Notes: generated by a model from the letters alone, not told the origin. 63,972 nt of DNA, filler included, from Gonapodya sp. JEL0774 (GCA_027604505.1; 4 parts of 4 records of this genome joined end to end with filler, not necessarily neighbours in it); one strand, 5' to 3'; shown: positions 14,587 through 27,219, counted from the whole stretch's first letter. Translations and numbers: made by a program.

Positions 14587-16300
14587 TCAGAAGTCTACTT
14601 GAGGTCGGTAGTGCTTTTGACTGTTTGCTTGCATGCCCCACATCAACTCCTGTCGCCTTTGCTGCCTCTGTGATGCCATCTTGGCTCTGCGCTCCTTCCG
14701 TGCTACCTTGGCGATTTGCTCAAAGGTCCTCAGACTGGCGAGTGCTCCATGAGGGCCTGACATACCAACAGGTACGAGTGCTCCGATAGAGCTCGGTGAC
14801 GTTGAAGAACTGAGGAGGCGATACTGCTGGGCGATTTTTCTGATGAGTAATCGGTTCTTGGCATTCCGACCTTCCGCACTTGACGAGGTAAGCGGGCCGC
14901 CGAAATTTTGTTTGTAGTAAACCCGCAGCGAGCGATGACCAGCTCTGCGCCCGTCCGGTAGTACAAGATCTACACCATGTTCTGGAGTCACTCGATTTTC
15001 ATCTTGCTCGGAGTCCTCGTCCTCGTCGTCTTCCGATTTCTCCTCATCCGAGAAAACGTAGAACTTTGAAATCTCCTCGTCTGCTTCTTCGACCCCATAT
15101 GCTACCTTGGTGTGCCCTTTATCGATCTAGGGAACAGAGAATGTTAACGAGCGAACAGCGTATGCAGGGGAAGACACTTGCCCACGCACCATGTGCTTCC
15201 TAACTGCTTCCAGAGAATGAAGCTGTCGTCCTTTTCCATCGCAGTAAATACATGTGTTGCCAATTGAAATTTTCTCTCCCAAGTAAGAGATAAGGCCCTT
15301 CAAATCCTCCAGGTAATCAACATCGGGTACGAAAAAGCTATGAGCACTCGACATGTGATCCATATTCCTGAGTTGCCGAAGGAGGCTTGATGAAGTCGCT
15401 CATGAAAGCAGCCCAAATCGCGAAACTCACGCTTCCAAGTCAGCACTCGTCGTAGTGCAGAACAGGCAATCGGACTCTGGGTCCAGTCGAGCGGAAGCCG
15501 CAATTTTCTCGTCAGCAATCTTTTCAATCTCTTCTTCCGTTTTAGCATCAGCTAAGCGACGTCTCCACTCCATAATTTGGTGTTGGGTGGGGCCCTTGAT
15601 CCGTGATTCTGCGGTGGTGGAATCTGACTTCGTGGTTCCGGCATCCGAGCTAATCTCATCCATTCGAGTTCTGTGTGTGTCTTCTATTGGCTTCGTGTTG
15701 GCACGAGGTGTTGTCGAAGTTGTGCCCTGTCGATGGCTTCCGTGCTTCTTCTCGAACAGAGCCATGGCCTCACGGTGCTTGTTGCTCTGGAGATGGTTCT
15801 GGTAGGCATTGTGCGTGTAGTATGTCTTGTTACATGCGACGCATTCTGCGGAAAACTTGGCTCTCTCAACGTCCTCCCGGGTCTTGTTCTGTTGGGCTAT
15901 GTGCAGATTGATTTAGTGAAACTACATCAAAGGCCCCATCAAACTCGTAATATCAAGTGAGAAGCCGCACCTAGCATCCTTTGTTTGAATGTGTCTTCAG
16001 AGACCGCAGGCAATAATGCGACCTTCCGTTTGAGATTGTAGCGATGCCAATCGGTTTTGTAATGATCTCGTCTTCAATTCATGGAGCGAGGTGGCCCATC
16101 AGCAGCGAAAACACATCAAGATTCCTAACGAATACTCACTGTGCATCTGGAGTTACAAAGCCGATTTGGCAGGAAATGCACGTGTATAGTCCTTTCGCAC
16201 TGATCAACGATTCGGGCTGCGAGACGGTCTCTGAGAAGTGCGTTCCAGTTTCCACATCATCTGCAATAGAGTGAGCTGGTTCAAGATCGTATGCAGACAT
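14587..16300 (-). CDS. REI1: Pre-60S ribosome maturation C2H2 zinc-finger protein (Rei1/Reh1/ZNF622)
   Basis: YTCISCQ..HYKTDWHRYNLKRKVA, CLFC, HMSSAHSFFVPDVDYLEDLKGLISYLGEKI, CIYC..SLEAVRKHM, LVLPDGRRAGHRSLRVYYKQ. Confidence 0.93.
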
Positions 16301-16422
16301 GCTGATTCGACGAGAGGTTGTTGATTGCTTGGCGAGTGAGAGCAGCTTTTTTGTTTTTGGGAACTTGCTGAGCAACAAACCGATTTCGAACCACAATCAA
16401 TTTCAACCTCGTGATATATAAA

Positions 16423-17512
16423 TCAATCACCGAAGGCTGTTTCTGCGTCTACATGTTCTGCTGACAAGAAATCTCCCACTACCTCCCAAAATTCGTTCTG
16501 CTCCTCGACCATGGGATATACTCCACTTTGTTCAAAAATGTAGCCCTCTGAGTGAGGAATTGAATCAACCAACTCAACAGTGCACTAAAGAGATGGGGTA
16601 TAATCCCGTAAGCCGCTGAGAACAACTTGCGGACTGGTCGACTTACTGGAGGAGGGCACTGCGTATCATGCCGTCCGCAAACAGCCAGAGTAGTTACTTG
16701 AACGTCGCGAAGACGAGCGCTGTAACTGCAAAATTGGTCAGTGAAATGGTGAGTCCGAGGCCCGCATTGCTTCGAGATGTAAGATCATCAGCTCACTCAA
16801 GTTCCGTGAGAACTCTCGCATACCAAACTGTTCAGCGAAATCAAGAGTATAATGTGGCGTAGACTCGCTTGGAGCTATTTCAAAGTTTCACTTACGTGTT
16901 CGGGGGCGAACAGATTGAAGAAAACTCCGAATAGAGAATGGGCGGCCTGCGTAATCTGTGGACCAATTTCGATCCGGCGGTGCTCCGTAGCCTGCCTTGT
17001 CCGAACCTTCCCATCTACTCCAACTGATAGTTTTGATAACCGCACTCTCAAATCCACGCCTTCGGAAGACGTAGAACAAAGCCATTCTCCGCAAGAACTC
17101 GCCATGAAGTGGGTGCGAGGAGTTCCAGACTGCGCCAGGCGCATGCGACATCGCAGGATAGCCAGAAGCGCCTGACACAAGGACAAGTCGACGAACTAGA
17201 TCCGGTCGCTGAAGTGCAAGCGCCAGGGCAACGATCGCAGCCTGCCCGTGGCCTATAAAATCAATAGGCTGCGTAATCCCAGCCAGAGAGATGGTTTCTG
17301 CGTCCATTAGATTTATTTGGTGAGAGCGTTCTCTCTTTCTCCGCGAACTATTGGTGGAACTCAGTCCATACCTTTTATAGTTGACAGCATCTCCTCCATT
17401 GAAACTCGTGGTTTTCGTGTAGAAGCTCCTGCACCCGGCGGGTCAAAGCTGATGACGCTGCGATCGCTACCCAGCTTTGTGAAGAGAGGGCGGTGTGCCA
17501 AGTGGCGAGCGA
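16423..17512 (-). CDS. Alpha/beta-hydrolase fold protein, 5'-truncated by gap; catalytic Ser and His replaced
   Basis: VISFDPPGAGAS, IDFIGHGQAAIVALALALQRPDLVRRLVLVS, TTLAVCGRHDTQCPP, IFEQSGVYPMVEEQNEFWEVVGDFL; stop at 16423-16425. Confidence 0.85.
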
Positions 17513-17612
17513 NNNNNNNNNNNNNNNNNNNNNNNNNNNNNNNNNNNNNNNNNNNNTTAATTAATTAANNNNNNNNNNNNNNNNNNNNNNNNNNNNNNNN
17601 NNNNNNNNNNNN
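17513..17612. other. Assembly gap/linker (N44-TTAATTAATTAA-N44)
   Basis: Six-frame stop linker flanked by Ns; identical blocks at 35038 and 52482. Confidence 0.95.
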
Positions 17613-19025
17613 AGCTCGCATGACCCCCTTCACTTCTTAAAATCAAAAGAATGAAGCCCCGCTTCGCTTTCGCTCAGCGAAACTTCGTCTTGGGGACTCA
17701 GCTGAGAGCAGTGCCGCTGATGCTCAGCCCTTGGAGAGTCTCTGGGAAACAGAACTTTAAAGCAAGTCCGAACGTTGTCATCAAGGCCAGAAAATTCATT
17801 TACACTCTTGGGGCAAGCACTCAGCGCCAGGCAATGCTGAAGGGTGCCTGTGCTATCCACACCATCCAATATCTCTCCCCAAACCTGGATTCTCGAATAC
17901 GATGGTGGTCCCTCTCACAGCTTACCTCCAACCTTCCTGCGATGCAGGATGCTGCAAACACTGTTGCTAAACATTAACGTAGCATCTCTGAGTGGGCAGA
18001 TCTTGAAGCAATTGACAAGTTTTTGAAGGTGAGCTCTCATTCAATTGGTGATGACCCTGCAGCACATCTCATTGTGCCAATCTTCAATCATCTCATCAAT
18101 TGATTGGAGCGGCGAGCTCTGAATTCAATTGCCCTGAAGGAGGGACCAACAGAAACCAATCTCCTCCTGCATCGCCTTGCAAGTGGAGGGCTCCCTCCAT
18201 TGTACAAGTACTATTCCAAGACTGATGATACTGATGCTTGGGGAATTGCAACTGGTATGTCTTCTCTCATGCCCTCTGTGTTATCATTATTCATGCTCAT
18301 ATTTCAGACCTCAGTTCTTAATCCTGCTCTCAAACTGTCGTATGCGAAGGAGCATCGTTGGGAAGAGCACATTGTGGACAAACTTGAACAGCAAGTCAAG
18401 AACTCATGGAGAACATTCTACAAGCCTCAATTGGACTTGCATCTCAGTTCTCACCGGGCAGCGATTTCCAGTGGCATTGACGCAGATGGCTCTGAGGAAC
18501 TTCAGACCCACACCTTCAAGCACTTGAAGCGTCAACATTTGGAAGAGAAGGATGAACTTGAGGTGTACCTATCCATGCCAACTGTTGAGATGAGTGCTGA
18601 TGCATTTTGGAGACAGTATGTCTTAAAGCCAAACTCTACAGAGAGGTCAAGCCAGTTCCCAAACCTCTCGTTGATGGCAAAAGACTACCTTTCCATTCCT
18701 GCAACAAGTGCATCTGTTGAGAGACTCTTTTCAGCAGCAAAGCTTGTCATTACTGACAAACGTGGGGGCTTGCTGTGAATGCTCTACTTTGTCTCCAGAG
18801 TTGGTAGTTGGTACAAAGCTGGATTTATGTAAAACTGAATTTTCAGTACAGTGACTCAAAATCAACTCGACTAAAGTTTTGCCATCTTGGCTCGAATCAA
18901 ACTCGGCTTGATGCAGTTTGAAATCAAATCGAACTCGACTCGGGTTCCTCAAACTCGACCTTGGCTCGACTCAAGGACCTCCAAAATCGGCTCAGCTCGA
19001 CTCAACTCGACTCGTAGTTGCTTTA
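17613..19025 (+). mobile_element. Degenerate hAT-superfamily DNA transposon (3' part) with subterminal repeats
   Basis: DSRIRWWS (DxxTRW-like), KYYSKTD, and the hAT C-terminal dimerisation motif FPNLSLMAKDYLSIPATSASVERLFS. Premature TGA stops, CpG depletion, and clustered ACTCG(A) repeats at 18862-19015 ending at a probable TIR near 19025. Confidence 0.88.
18862..19015 (+). repeat. Subterminal ACTCG(A)/GCTCG(A) repeat cluster of the hAT element
   Basis: Many CTCG(A) units and CTCAA/CTTGA variants within about 150 bp. Confidence 0.75.
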
Positions 19026-20140
19026 GAACTGAGATTACATCTCGTATTGAATCATTTACATTTGGGATATCTGAATTATCAAGTCTTCTTGTCTCGGAGG
19101 TGGAGGTGATGACGGAGAAGTTTAAGAGGAAAATGACAAGCACAACGACTGCTACACTGCAGACCTTATTTCACCACAGGAAAGAAGCTTGTCGAGTTTG
19201 AAGACCGACACTCTTGCTGTTTTTGATGAAACAGTGATTCCACATGCATTAGTGATCGACTGATTGTAATGATGCTACACATCCTGAACGTCAAACACTT
19301 CACATCAAACCCCCAGACTCCCCAGACTCATTCAACCCGTCCATTAACATCACCCCAGACACGGAAATTCACGCCTTCCTGCTGTCTGTCCAGAAACTGC
19401 GGCAATGGTCACTAGAAGCATTCGCAGTCAAATGAATTATGGTCCTCCAAATTGCCACAAGCATCGGGAACCAGCGATTAGAGCTCTGCTTCCTCGCTGC
19501 AAGACCCTATACATTCCCTTTTCTGCCTAGTTCCCGAACTGAGGCTGTGAAAGCTGGTCGATCGACTTGAAACTGCGAAAATGAGACAATGGGCTGCGGT
19601 CAGTGAGCTGCTACGTCTACTTGCGGCACATACAGGGTTGGAAGAGACGAAGATACTCCAAAATGCATGGTGTGTTTCTCTAGGTTTCGTTTGGAAACAA
19701 GATCACTCACCTGTTGATCGTTCGACAGACAGAGCTGTGTCCTGCGACGTTTGGTTGCTCCCGAGTACATCCAGTATCACTAAATGTGCAATTTGTTATC
19801 TAATCTGATCCAAAATCAATCCCACTTCGATCATCATGCGCAGGTGTCAATCAGTGGTTGGTCAAGTTGCCGTCGACCCCCCAGAAAGCTTCACGGTCGT
19901 GAACGGTTTGTCCACGTGGAAACAAAGGAGCCTAGGGTGATGGCGGAGGACTGCCTGTGAGCATCAGGGTGATGTCATGGTTAAGTGGCAGTTTATATGG
20001 AGTGGGAGGCCTCGAAATGCAGCGACTGGCCTGGCCGATATGTATGTGAAGTCGACGTAAATGAAGTATTACCGAGAATTACAAAAAAACAAGTAGGAAA
20101 CGAAACAACAAGGAATAGCTATTAAATTGTCAGCAGACCT

Positions 20141-21358
20141 TTACTTGCAGGGGCTTTTCGGACCTCCGCCTTGGCACTCATCCTTCACCGTCACTTTCGG
20201 ACTGTAAAAGCAACCACAGTTCTGGTCAGTGCAGCTTGGAAGAAAGCCGTTGATTTGGCCATCAATCTGAGTAAAAGCACGACCGATGAAAAGGAATGCT
20301 TCGCATGAGAACATCACGCACGTCGTGAACATGCGCATTTTGAAGTTTGCCTCACCAAACCACATTCCAGTCCCACCAAGAGACCGATTGGACCCAAGGC
20401 AGCTGAGACGATGCCGCCTATTAGAGGGCACTTGAGCTTGGAAAAGCCGTACCTGGAGTTGGTGAAAGCAGGATTCCGGTTCGGATGTCTTAGTACACAA
20501 ACAGAAACGTAAGGCAGAACTTGAAAACACACTCAATATAGCATTCGAGGGACGACTTGCATCCGTAATACCATCCGCCCTCGCCGTTCGCAAAATCGGG
20601 CGTCTTGCCATGGTTCTTTGCGTTGCAGTCTCGCACAACTTGTGGCATACAACTACTGTCGAGTCCGGAACATTTCGTTACCGGAGCAGGAGGTGGAGGA
20701 GTGGGTGGTGATGGCGGTGGTGGGGCTGAGGAAATGCCAGTTATTCTGCCACAGACGTAGTAGTTTGGATCTCCAGAGATGGGGCTAACGTAAGCAATGG
20801 CTGACGAGGACTTCAGCCGGACGGCAAGAAGAAAAACATCACCTGGTCAGCGCAACCGAGACACAACTTCGATTACAGAAGTAGGTACAAGGTGCTCACC
20901 TTGAGGTAGCACATCCCGTCTGCGGTCCTCACATACGCTCGACATGGGTCAGACTCATACGCACGCAACGCGCACTGTCTTCCGCAGTCGCGGTCTAAAC
21001 TGTTAGTAGCATGGCTGATATCGATCACCGCCCTAAATTTAACCAGGTGATGTTTGGACATGATCAGTTCAATGATTGTCTCGGATGTAGCGTCCCATAC
21101 TCAGAGGACGCGAACACAATATGATCACTCACATGTTCGGGACACTTGGGAAGTGACAACCATTCGCCCAGTACCATGTCACGCCGGAACCACCTTGCAA
21201 GGATGCAACGTTTTCGATTAGCTCTGCCGGGAAACGGTGCAATCGGCAGTCCTTTCCATGTTCAGAAACTCACCGATCACGGGACCTTGCCAATTGAAGT
21301 CGGCTAGAGCGCTTGGCAGAGCAAGGCTTAGGAGCACAAGTGCGAAAATGCCGATCAT
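20141..21358 (-). CDS. Secreted Cys-rich protein: signal peptide, PAN/apple-like domain, Pro linker, second Cys-rich domain
   Basis: MIGIFALVLLSLALPSALA; DCGRQCALRAYESDPCRAYVRTADGMCYLK; SAPPPPSPPTPPPPAP; C-terminal ...CTDQNCGCFYSP..ECQGGGPKSPCK*; multiple GT-AG introns. Confidence 0.72.
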
Positions 21359-22864
21359 CGCTGGCGCAGTAGCTAGTGGAGAGATTTGGAGCGGTTCGTG
21401 CGCGATTACTGGTGGTCTAGGGGAAATGCCGCGTCGAGATTCTCGCGGGATGTGCTTGATGTGGATTTGAGCTCAAACATGCGGGGCTGGTGATTTTATA
21501 TTGGATGTGAAGAATGGGCGACAGGGGCTGTTGTGCCTGGGAAACTGTTCTCTAGTGCACAGTCCGCGGCTGCTGATTGTTTTTGATGCGGCGGTACCCG
21601 AAAGCGTTCTTTGGGTTCCATCGGGGAAATTCTCAATTTCACATGTTCTACCTGGGCATTTTGTCCTTGTGCGGGAAGGACGGATCTCCCAGTCTTACAC
21701 GATTCGTACCGGTGCCGAGTTTCGCCATTTCTCGGCCCTCGCCAGAGCCCTGTCCAAAACGCTGATTCCTCCCGTTGATAATACCTTTCGCACCCTCACG
21801 AGTCATGCGCAAGACAAAAATGAGCGAAGAAGCTGTGTGAGCTCGGCACCTCGTACGGGGGCACCTTGGCGCAGAACGGGGTGTCACGAATTGCAGAAGG
21901 TCGATCGATCTCACACGACCAGTCGAATGCAGGAGTAGCCAAATCTTTATCGACAAGCAGCAAAGAGCTGTGATTTACCATTAGTGCATGCGTTAAGATA
22001 CATTCATGTTTTCAGGGTCGCCGGCGACCGATGAACACACCCGATTCTGGCCGGGGCCACGACCAAGCCACGCAATATAGCAGTTTCCACACCTACTTCA
22101 CAGTGCTGGAGTGCTGGGAAATCCTGAAAAGTGATACGCTACAGGAATTTAAATGTCTACCTTGTACTTCGCGCACTGGTCATTTCCAGTCGAGCTCATC
22201 CGATGTACACTTCGACAATCACGGCTATGTATCCATGGTGCAAGTCACCATTGCACTCGAGGAACGACTTCTACTTCATTGATTCTGTCCGCGATTCCAT
22301 TTCATTTACCAAGGGAGTCGGATGGTAGTTCTGTCAAGAGTCCCGAGTCAAGAGGTTGACGGTCAGCGTCTTCTACTCAGTATACTCAGAAGCGATAGTT
22401 AAGTTGGCAGCTAAATGTGAGAGAGATTGCCGGAAACTCCCATGAAGGTGAAGATCGAGTCTCGACGCAGGCTAAGGTCTGAAGTGCGAAATGCATACGA
22501 ACGGAATGGTTAAATGAGAAGTACATTTCTACATATGTCGATGACTGGGCGAGGAAGCCTAAAGGGTCGATGCCGAATTGCAGCTGCTGGTTCAGACAGC
22601 GGCACTAAAGGTGTACTTGTGATCAAGGTACTAGGAAGCTCACTAGCGTTTTGCACAATCAATCAAAGGGAATGAGAGCGCCAGTCCCGCCAATCAACCA
22701 GCCCTTTTTAAGCGACAGTTCCCCTGAATGTGTGGAATGTGTTTTTTTGTTGTTTGGCCATCGGGTGTGGCGGAATTACGAAGCCTCCAATAATTGCGGC
22801 GAGGACAGACCTGCCATAATTGGCTCTCCACTAACGTTCCTTCCAAACCAATATACCCCAAATA

Positions 22865-25569
22865 ATGATTCACTCGCATTCTCATCAAATACCGTACTGG
22901 ACGATTTCAGCGCTGGTCGCTTCTGTCCTCTCGATCGTATCGGGTCCCGGAGTTCGAGCTCAGAATCAAGCAGCCGATTGCGCAGTGTTCGAACAGTTGT
23001 TTTCCCAAGCAAATGTGGAGCTTCCGTGGACCAGAGGAAGCTGCTGCGGATGGTGAGTGGTCGATTTTCTGCACGGTGGTGATTGGTCGACTTGCTCATT
23101 CTCACCAAATTCTCCACAATTTGCGCACCAATGTCGGTCAGGGCAACTGGACTCTCTGACTATCAACAGATCACATGCACCAATAACGGGACAGATGGTC
23201 GAATTGTTGAGGGTTTGCTCAGCAAAATGGGGTTTCCGGGGGCGACCATCCCGCCTCTCGCATCGCTGGACAGACTGCAACGACTGGATCTCGATACCAA
23301 CGGTCTCGTGGGCACCATCCCTCCACTCGCGTCGCTCATCAGGCTTCAGTACCTCTGGCTACACAACAACTCGCTCACCGGTCCCATACCCGACATGTCC
23401 GGTTTGGTGAACTTAGGAACACTCGTCCTCTACTACAATAATGTGAGTGCTGCTGCACTGGATGTCATAGCAGCGAGTAAAGTGGCGGAGAATGCCCTGA
23501 GACCACTGGGAGTGGAACAGGAACATGCCGGAACTTGCATCGTTACATGACTCTTGAGTTGTTGGGCACCGACTTATCCGTTTTCGTATACTTCACCAGC
23601 TCACCGGAAATATTGATGGTGTCCTACCCCCAAACGTCGGTACCTGTACGATAACATACGGGGAAACTAATCAGGAACTCTACACCTGCAACAGCAGCTA
23701 CCCTGCAGAATGCAACTCAGTAGCCAGCAGAGCACAGTACTTTACGAAACAAACCGCCCAATTCTGCGCAGCTGCGGCTGCGGCTGCTGCAAGTGCATAT
23801 TCGACTGCATCAGATTCTCCTACGACTGCTGCAAGTGGGGCTGCTTCGACCATCGCATCGTCGGGCTCTCAACCGACTTCAACGGCTGTCGTAGCGCGCC
23901 AACCCTCAACTTCTACGGTTTCTGTCGTCAATTCAGCGTCTGGGACCTCCCTATCGTCGACCGGCGCATCCGATCTCAACGCCAACAATGACAAGGACAA
24001 GAAGGGATCGGGAATCTTGATTCCGACCGTTTCCGCAGTCGCGGCAGTGCTCGTCATTGGAGGTGCTCTTGTGGCGTTTGTTTTTGTTCGCCGGTCTCAG
24101 CTTAGAAAGGAAGCTGCTGGAAATGGAGGTAAGTTGATCGTCCCCATCCGAAACCTGTTGGCCGGACTCTGCCCAACAACTGGCCCACCGACCAGCTTCC
24201 CCAACCAACACTTCGCCCCCGGGACCCTACAAACAACCAACAAACACATCCATGTCTCTTTCAACGACAAGTGACACTACATTACGGAAAGACGGCGTCA
24301 GTTCTCAAGGAAGTAAGCGCACTCTCGTGTCCGGAGGCTCAAACAACGGATCACAGCAGATTTCGGGGACCGAAGACTTGATGAGCGAGGTATGTTTTTC
24401 CGGTGATTGCTCTTTCGTTGCATTGATCCATATATTATTGAACAATTTCGTCGGCCCCATTTTGACATATTCCCGTTCGTTTTGTACGTCTCGTAATATC
24501 ATTTAGTCGCCTCACTGGACGTTCATGTACTTTGCCGGAGTGAACAACAAGTACGCCCGACAGATTGATTTGCCCGCTGGGAGTCCTGTATTGTGGGTCG
24601 AAGAGGAGGTGAGTGTTTCGGGATGATAAGTTTTCGGAGGATGGCGAAACGAATGGAGAGGGACAGAGTATCGTGAGCGAGGATACATCTCTCTATCTCC
24701 TGCTCTATTGCTCGCTTCGCTTGGAGTTGGTACCGCGGATCAACATCACGACGGTCCCGACTCCCGACGTTGGTTGTCGGTTCTCAACCCATGTTTCCGA
24801 TCCATGTTTCCTCTATCCGATCCCCATGCGCCTTTAGTTTGTTCCAAACAATAGCGACGAAGTCGCGGTGCGCCCGGGTGACCAGTTTAAACTTCGAACG
24901 GCCTTCCGTGATGGTTGGGGGTACGGTCGGAACGTGGAGACTGACGAGGCAGGATTACTTCCCCTGTAAGTCACGACATTGCACCAGACCTCAACACGGT
25001 GGCATTTTCATGCACCTTATGGTGTCTGTATTCCCTCAATACTCATGCATGCGTACGTATCCGCCGTATGTGCACAGCGACCATCTCCGTCTCGGCACAG
25101 AACCACAACCACCTCCCTCAGCATACCCATACGGCCGTGTAGAGTCATCAATGCGGTTCCCCAAACAGCAGTACCAACAACCAGGCTCTGGTCGGTCCAA
25201 TACCACGGCGTACGAATCCAGCCCGAGTTCGTACTCGCGATCCAACTCGTCGCCCGGAAGCGGAGTGACCCTGCAGGGTGGCCTCGTCGCTCCGTCGGAT
25301 GCCCTTCCTCTGATTCCCTCGGGAGTTGCGATGATGCCAGGGTACAGCCGACGGCAAGAAGTGAGTGTAGGGTCACACATTCTTAGTAATTTCAAAGTGC
25401 TGATCATCGGCGACAATGTGTGTGTGAACCACAGTCACCATATTCGCAAGCAATGGCGGAAAATAGTTACTCGCAATCCATGGGGTACACCCGAGACGCT
25501 CCTAGCAGACAATATCCGCAGTCTGGAGCTTGGGGAGACGTACGCGGTCCGGAACAAGCAAGGCGCTGA
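22865..25569 (+). CDS. Single-pass receptor-like protein: signal peptide, plant-type LRRs, Ser/Thr stalk, TM, SH3 domain, Ser/Tyr-rich tail
   Basis: 8 exons (22865-23052, 23142-23442, 23600-24128, 24196-24389, 24507-24608, 24838-24965, 25078-25360, 25435-25569) splice in frame. LQRLDLDTNGLVGTIP and LQYLWLHNNSLTGPIP; TM VSAVAAVLVIGGALVAFVFVRR; SH3-like FVPNNSDEVAVRPGD..RDGWGYGRN..GLLPL. Confidence 0.88.
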
Positions 25570-26544
25570 GTGGCACGAAGCTGAAAGCAGTTTCTATTGG
25601 AGTACTGCTTTAATGGATCCGACGAGACCGCTGCTGTGCAGCGTGCCCACACGCCATTATTCGTGTCATGTAACTTCCTGAATTTATAATGCTGCAGGTT
25701 GGCATCATCTTGATTGAGTTCAACATGTTGACCGGCATTTTTGATCAAGTGCGCGTCATTCATATGATTCGAAGTCATATTTCGTTCCGAAAAAAGCAAA
25801 ATGAATTGAGCTGTCCAACCGAAGTTCAAGAGTCTCATCCATTGACGATATAAGTCGACCCCATCACAACCATACTTGGTTCCCGTGAGCGCAACACACC
25901 AACACCTCTAACACACTATTATACACGAGCACTTTAGCAATGTGTGGTCCGTTTATTCCAGAATTCGATTTTGTCCCTGTTTCGGACGAATCGCTTGGCG
26001 GGTCTGGGCTGGATCGGGATCAACGTGGGGGCGAACCAGGGACCGACAAAGTTCGGGGGACAGGGAGGGACAGGCAGTCCGGTGACAAACGAAAATACAA
26101 CACGGCCAGCACTTTCATCGCGTTTTGATTTGTTAATACAAATATTGCTAAGTCGTAGCTTTACAATTTTTAGCCCCCCCTTTCCGGCTTAAACGACCGG
26201 ACAAACCGCGCCTGGGTTCTGTGTTGGAGCCCACAGTTGGAATGTTCCGGGAGGCGCCAGTCCTGAGATTCAATGCGCCTGTGAATCTGACACTTAAGAG
26301 CGACACGAACAAGAAATCGCGCAATTTGAGTGACGCTGGACGGGAAATGTGAGCATCTGCTTGGCTATTTCGGCGTGGCAGAAGCCATGATTGGAAACTG
26401 TTCAACCTCCCCGCCAGCATCGACCCCCAGGCACGGACAGTGCGATCTCCAGACTCCACCTATCGCTGCACACTTCCAGCAGTTCCTAGGTGTCGCTGGC
26501 GGCCTTCACTGAGTGCCAATCACCTCCGATCCGCTGGTCAGACC

Positions 26545-27219
26545 ATGCCGGCGATGCTCGATCTGTTCAACGACTGGATCGACATCTGGATCGGAAAACT
26601 TCGATCAGCAAGACTCAGACACGCACGACCACCGTCACCACCAGTACAGGAATACGTCCCCGTTTCTGGTCGCAGTCTGGACGTGGACTCGCTTCGCGGT
26701 CGTGACAGTGGTGCAGCCCCTTGCACTGCTACCACAACCGGCTCTTCCCCCGGAATTACCTTACCTCCTCCCTCCCCACCACACTCCAATCGAAAACAAC
26801 ACTCACATTCTCCACATCTTATAGCACTTCCAACTCCCCCACCATCTCGAAATTCGTCGCCTGTGGTTCCAATGCCACCTTCGGTGCCTGGCAGACCCCG
26901 CTCCATCGCGTTGAATCCACCGACACAGCCCCAGCCCTCCACTATATTGCATTCGTCGCACCATCGATCCCCTCCACCCGAACGCCATATTTCTCCCAAA
27001 AGTGCAAAACCCGTCAGTGTCACCTCACGCCGTTCCTCTGCGTCGAAAATATCATCCGTACCGGCACCTCTACCACCCGTCACAGTAACACTGGTCCGGG
27101 CGGACTTGCATCGGAAACACGTTCAGCCTGTGGAAGTGATGAGGAAGCAACAGTTTGCGCTCTCAAGGCCTTCGACATGGCATGGGTTGGACGATGAGGT
27201 ACACCACGCGGATCGGTGA
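26545..27219 (+). CDS. Hypothetical Pro/Ser-rich protein
   Basis: Uninterrupted 224-codon frame from MPAMLDLFNDW; no family recognised. Confidence 0.5.
   Translation: MPAMLDLFNDWIDIWIGKLRSARLRHARPPSPPVQEYVPVSGRSLDVDSLRGRDSGAAPCTATTTGSSPGITLPPPSPPHSNRKQHSHSPHLIALPTPPPSRNSSPVVPMPPSVPGRPRSIALNPPTQPQPSTILHSSHHRSPPPERHISPKSAKPVSVTSRRSSASKISSVPAPLPPVTVTLVRADLHRKHVQPVEVMRKQQFALSRPSTWHGLDDEVHHADR

Noticed and set aside
17557..17568. Palindromic TTAATTAATTAA recurring at ~17.5-kb spacing (also 35082 and 52526)
   Set aside because: Always centred in identical 100-nt N blocks, so it is an artificial six-frame-stop linker. Adjacency across these gaps is not guaranteed.
18862..19015. Short repeat cluster as a possible CRISPR-like array
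   Set aside because: Units are 5-6 bp and irregularly spaced, next to a hAT transposase; these are subterminal repeats.
19030..19620. Coding-like fragments downstream of the hAT end
   Set aside because: Multiple stops and no recognisable motif; possibly decayed repeat, not assignable.
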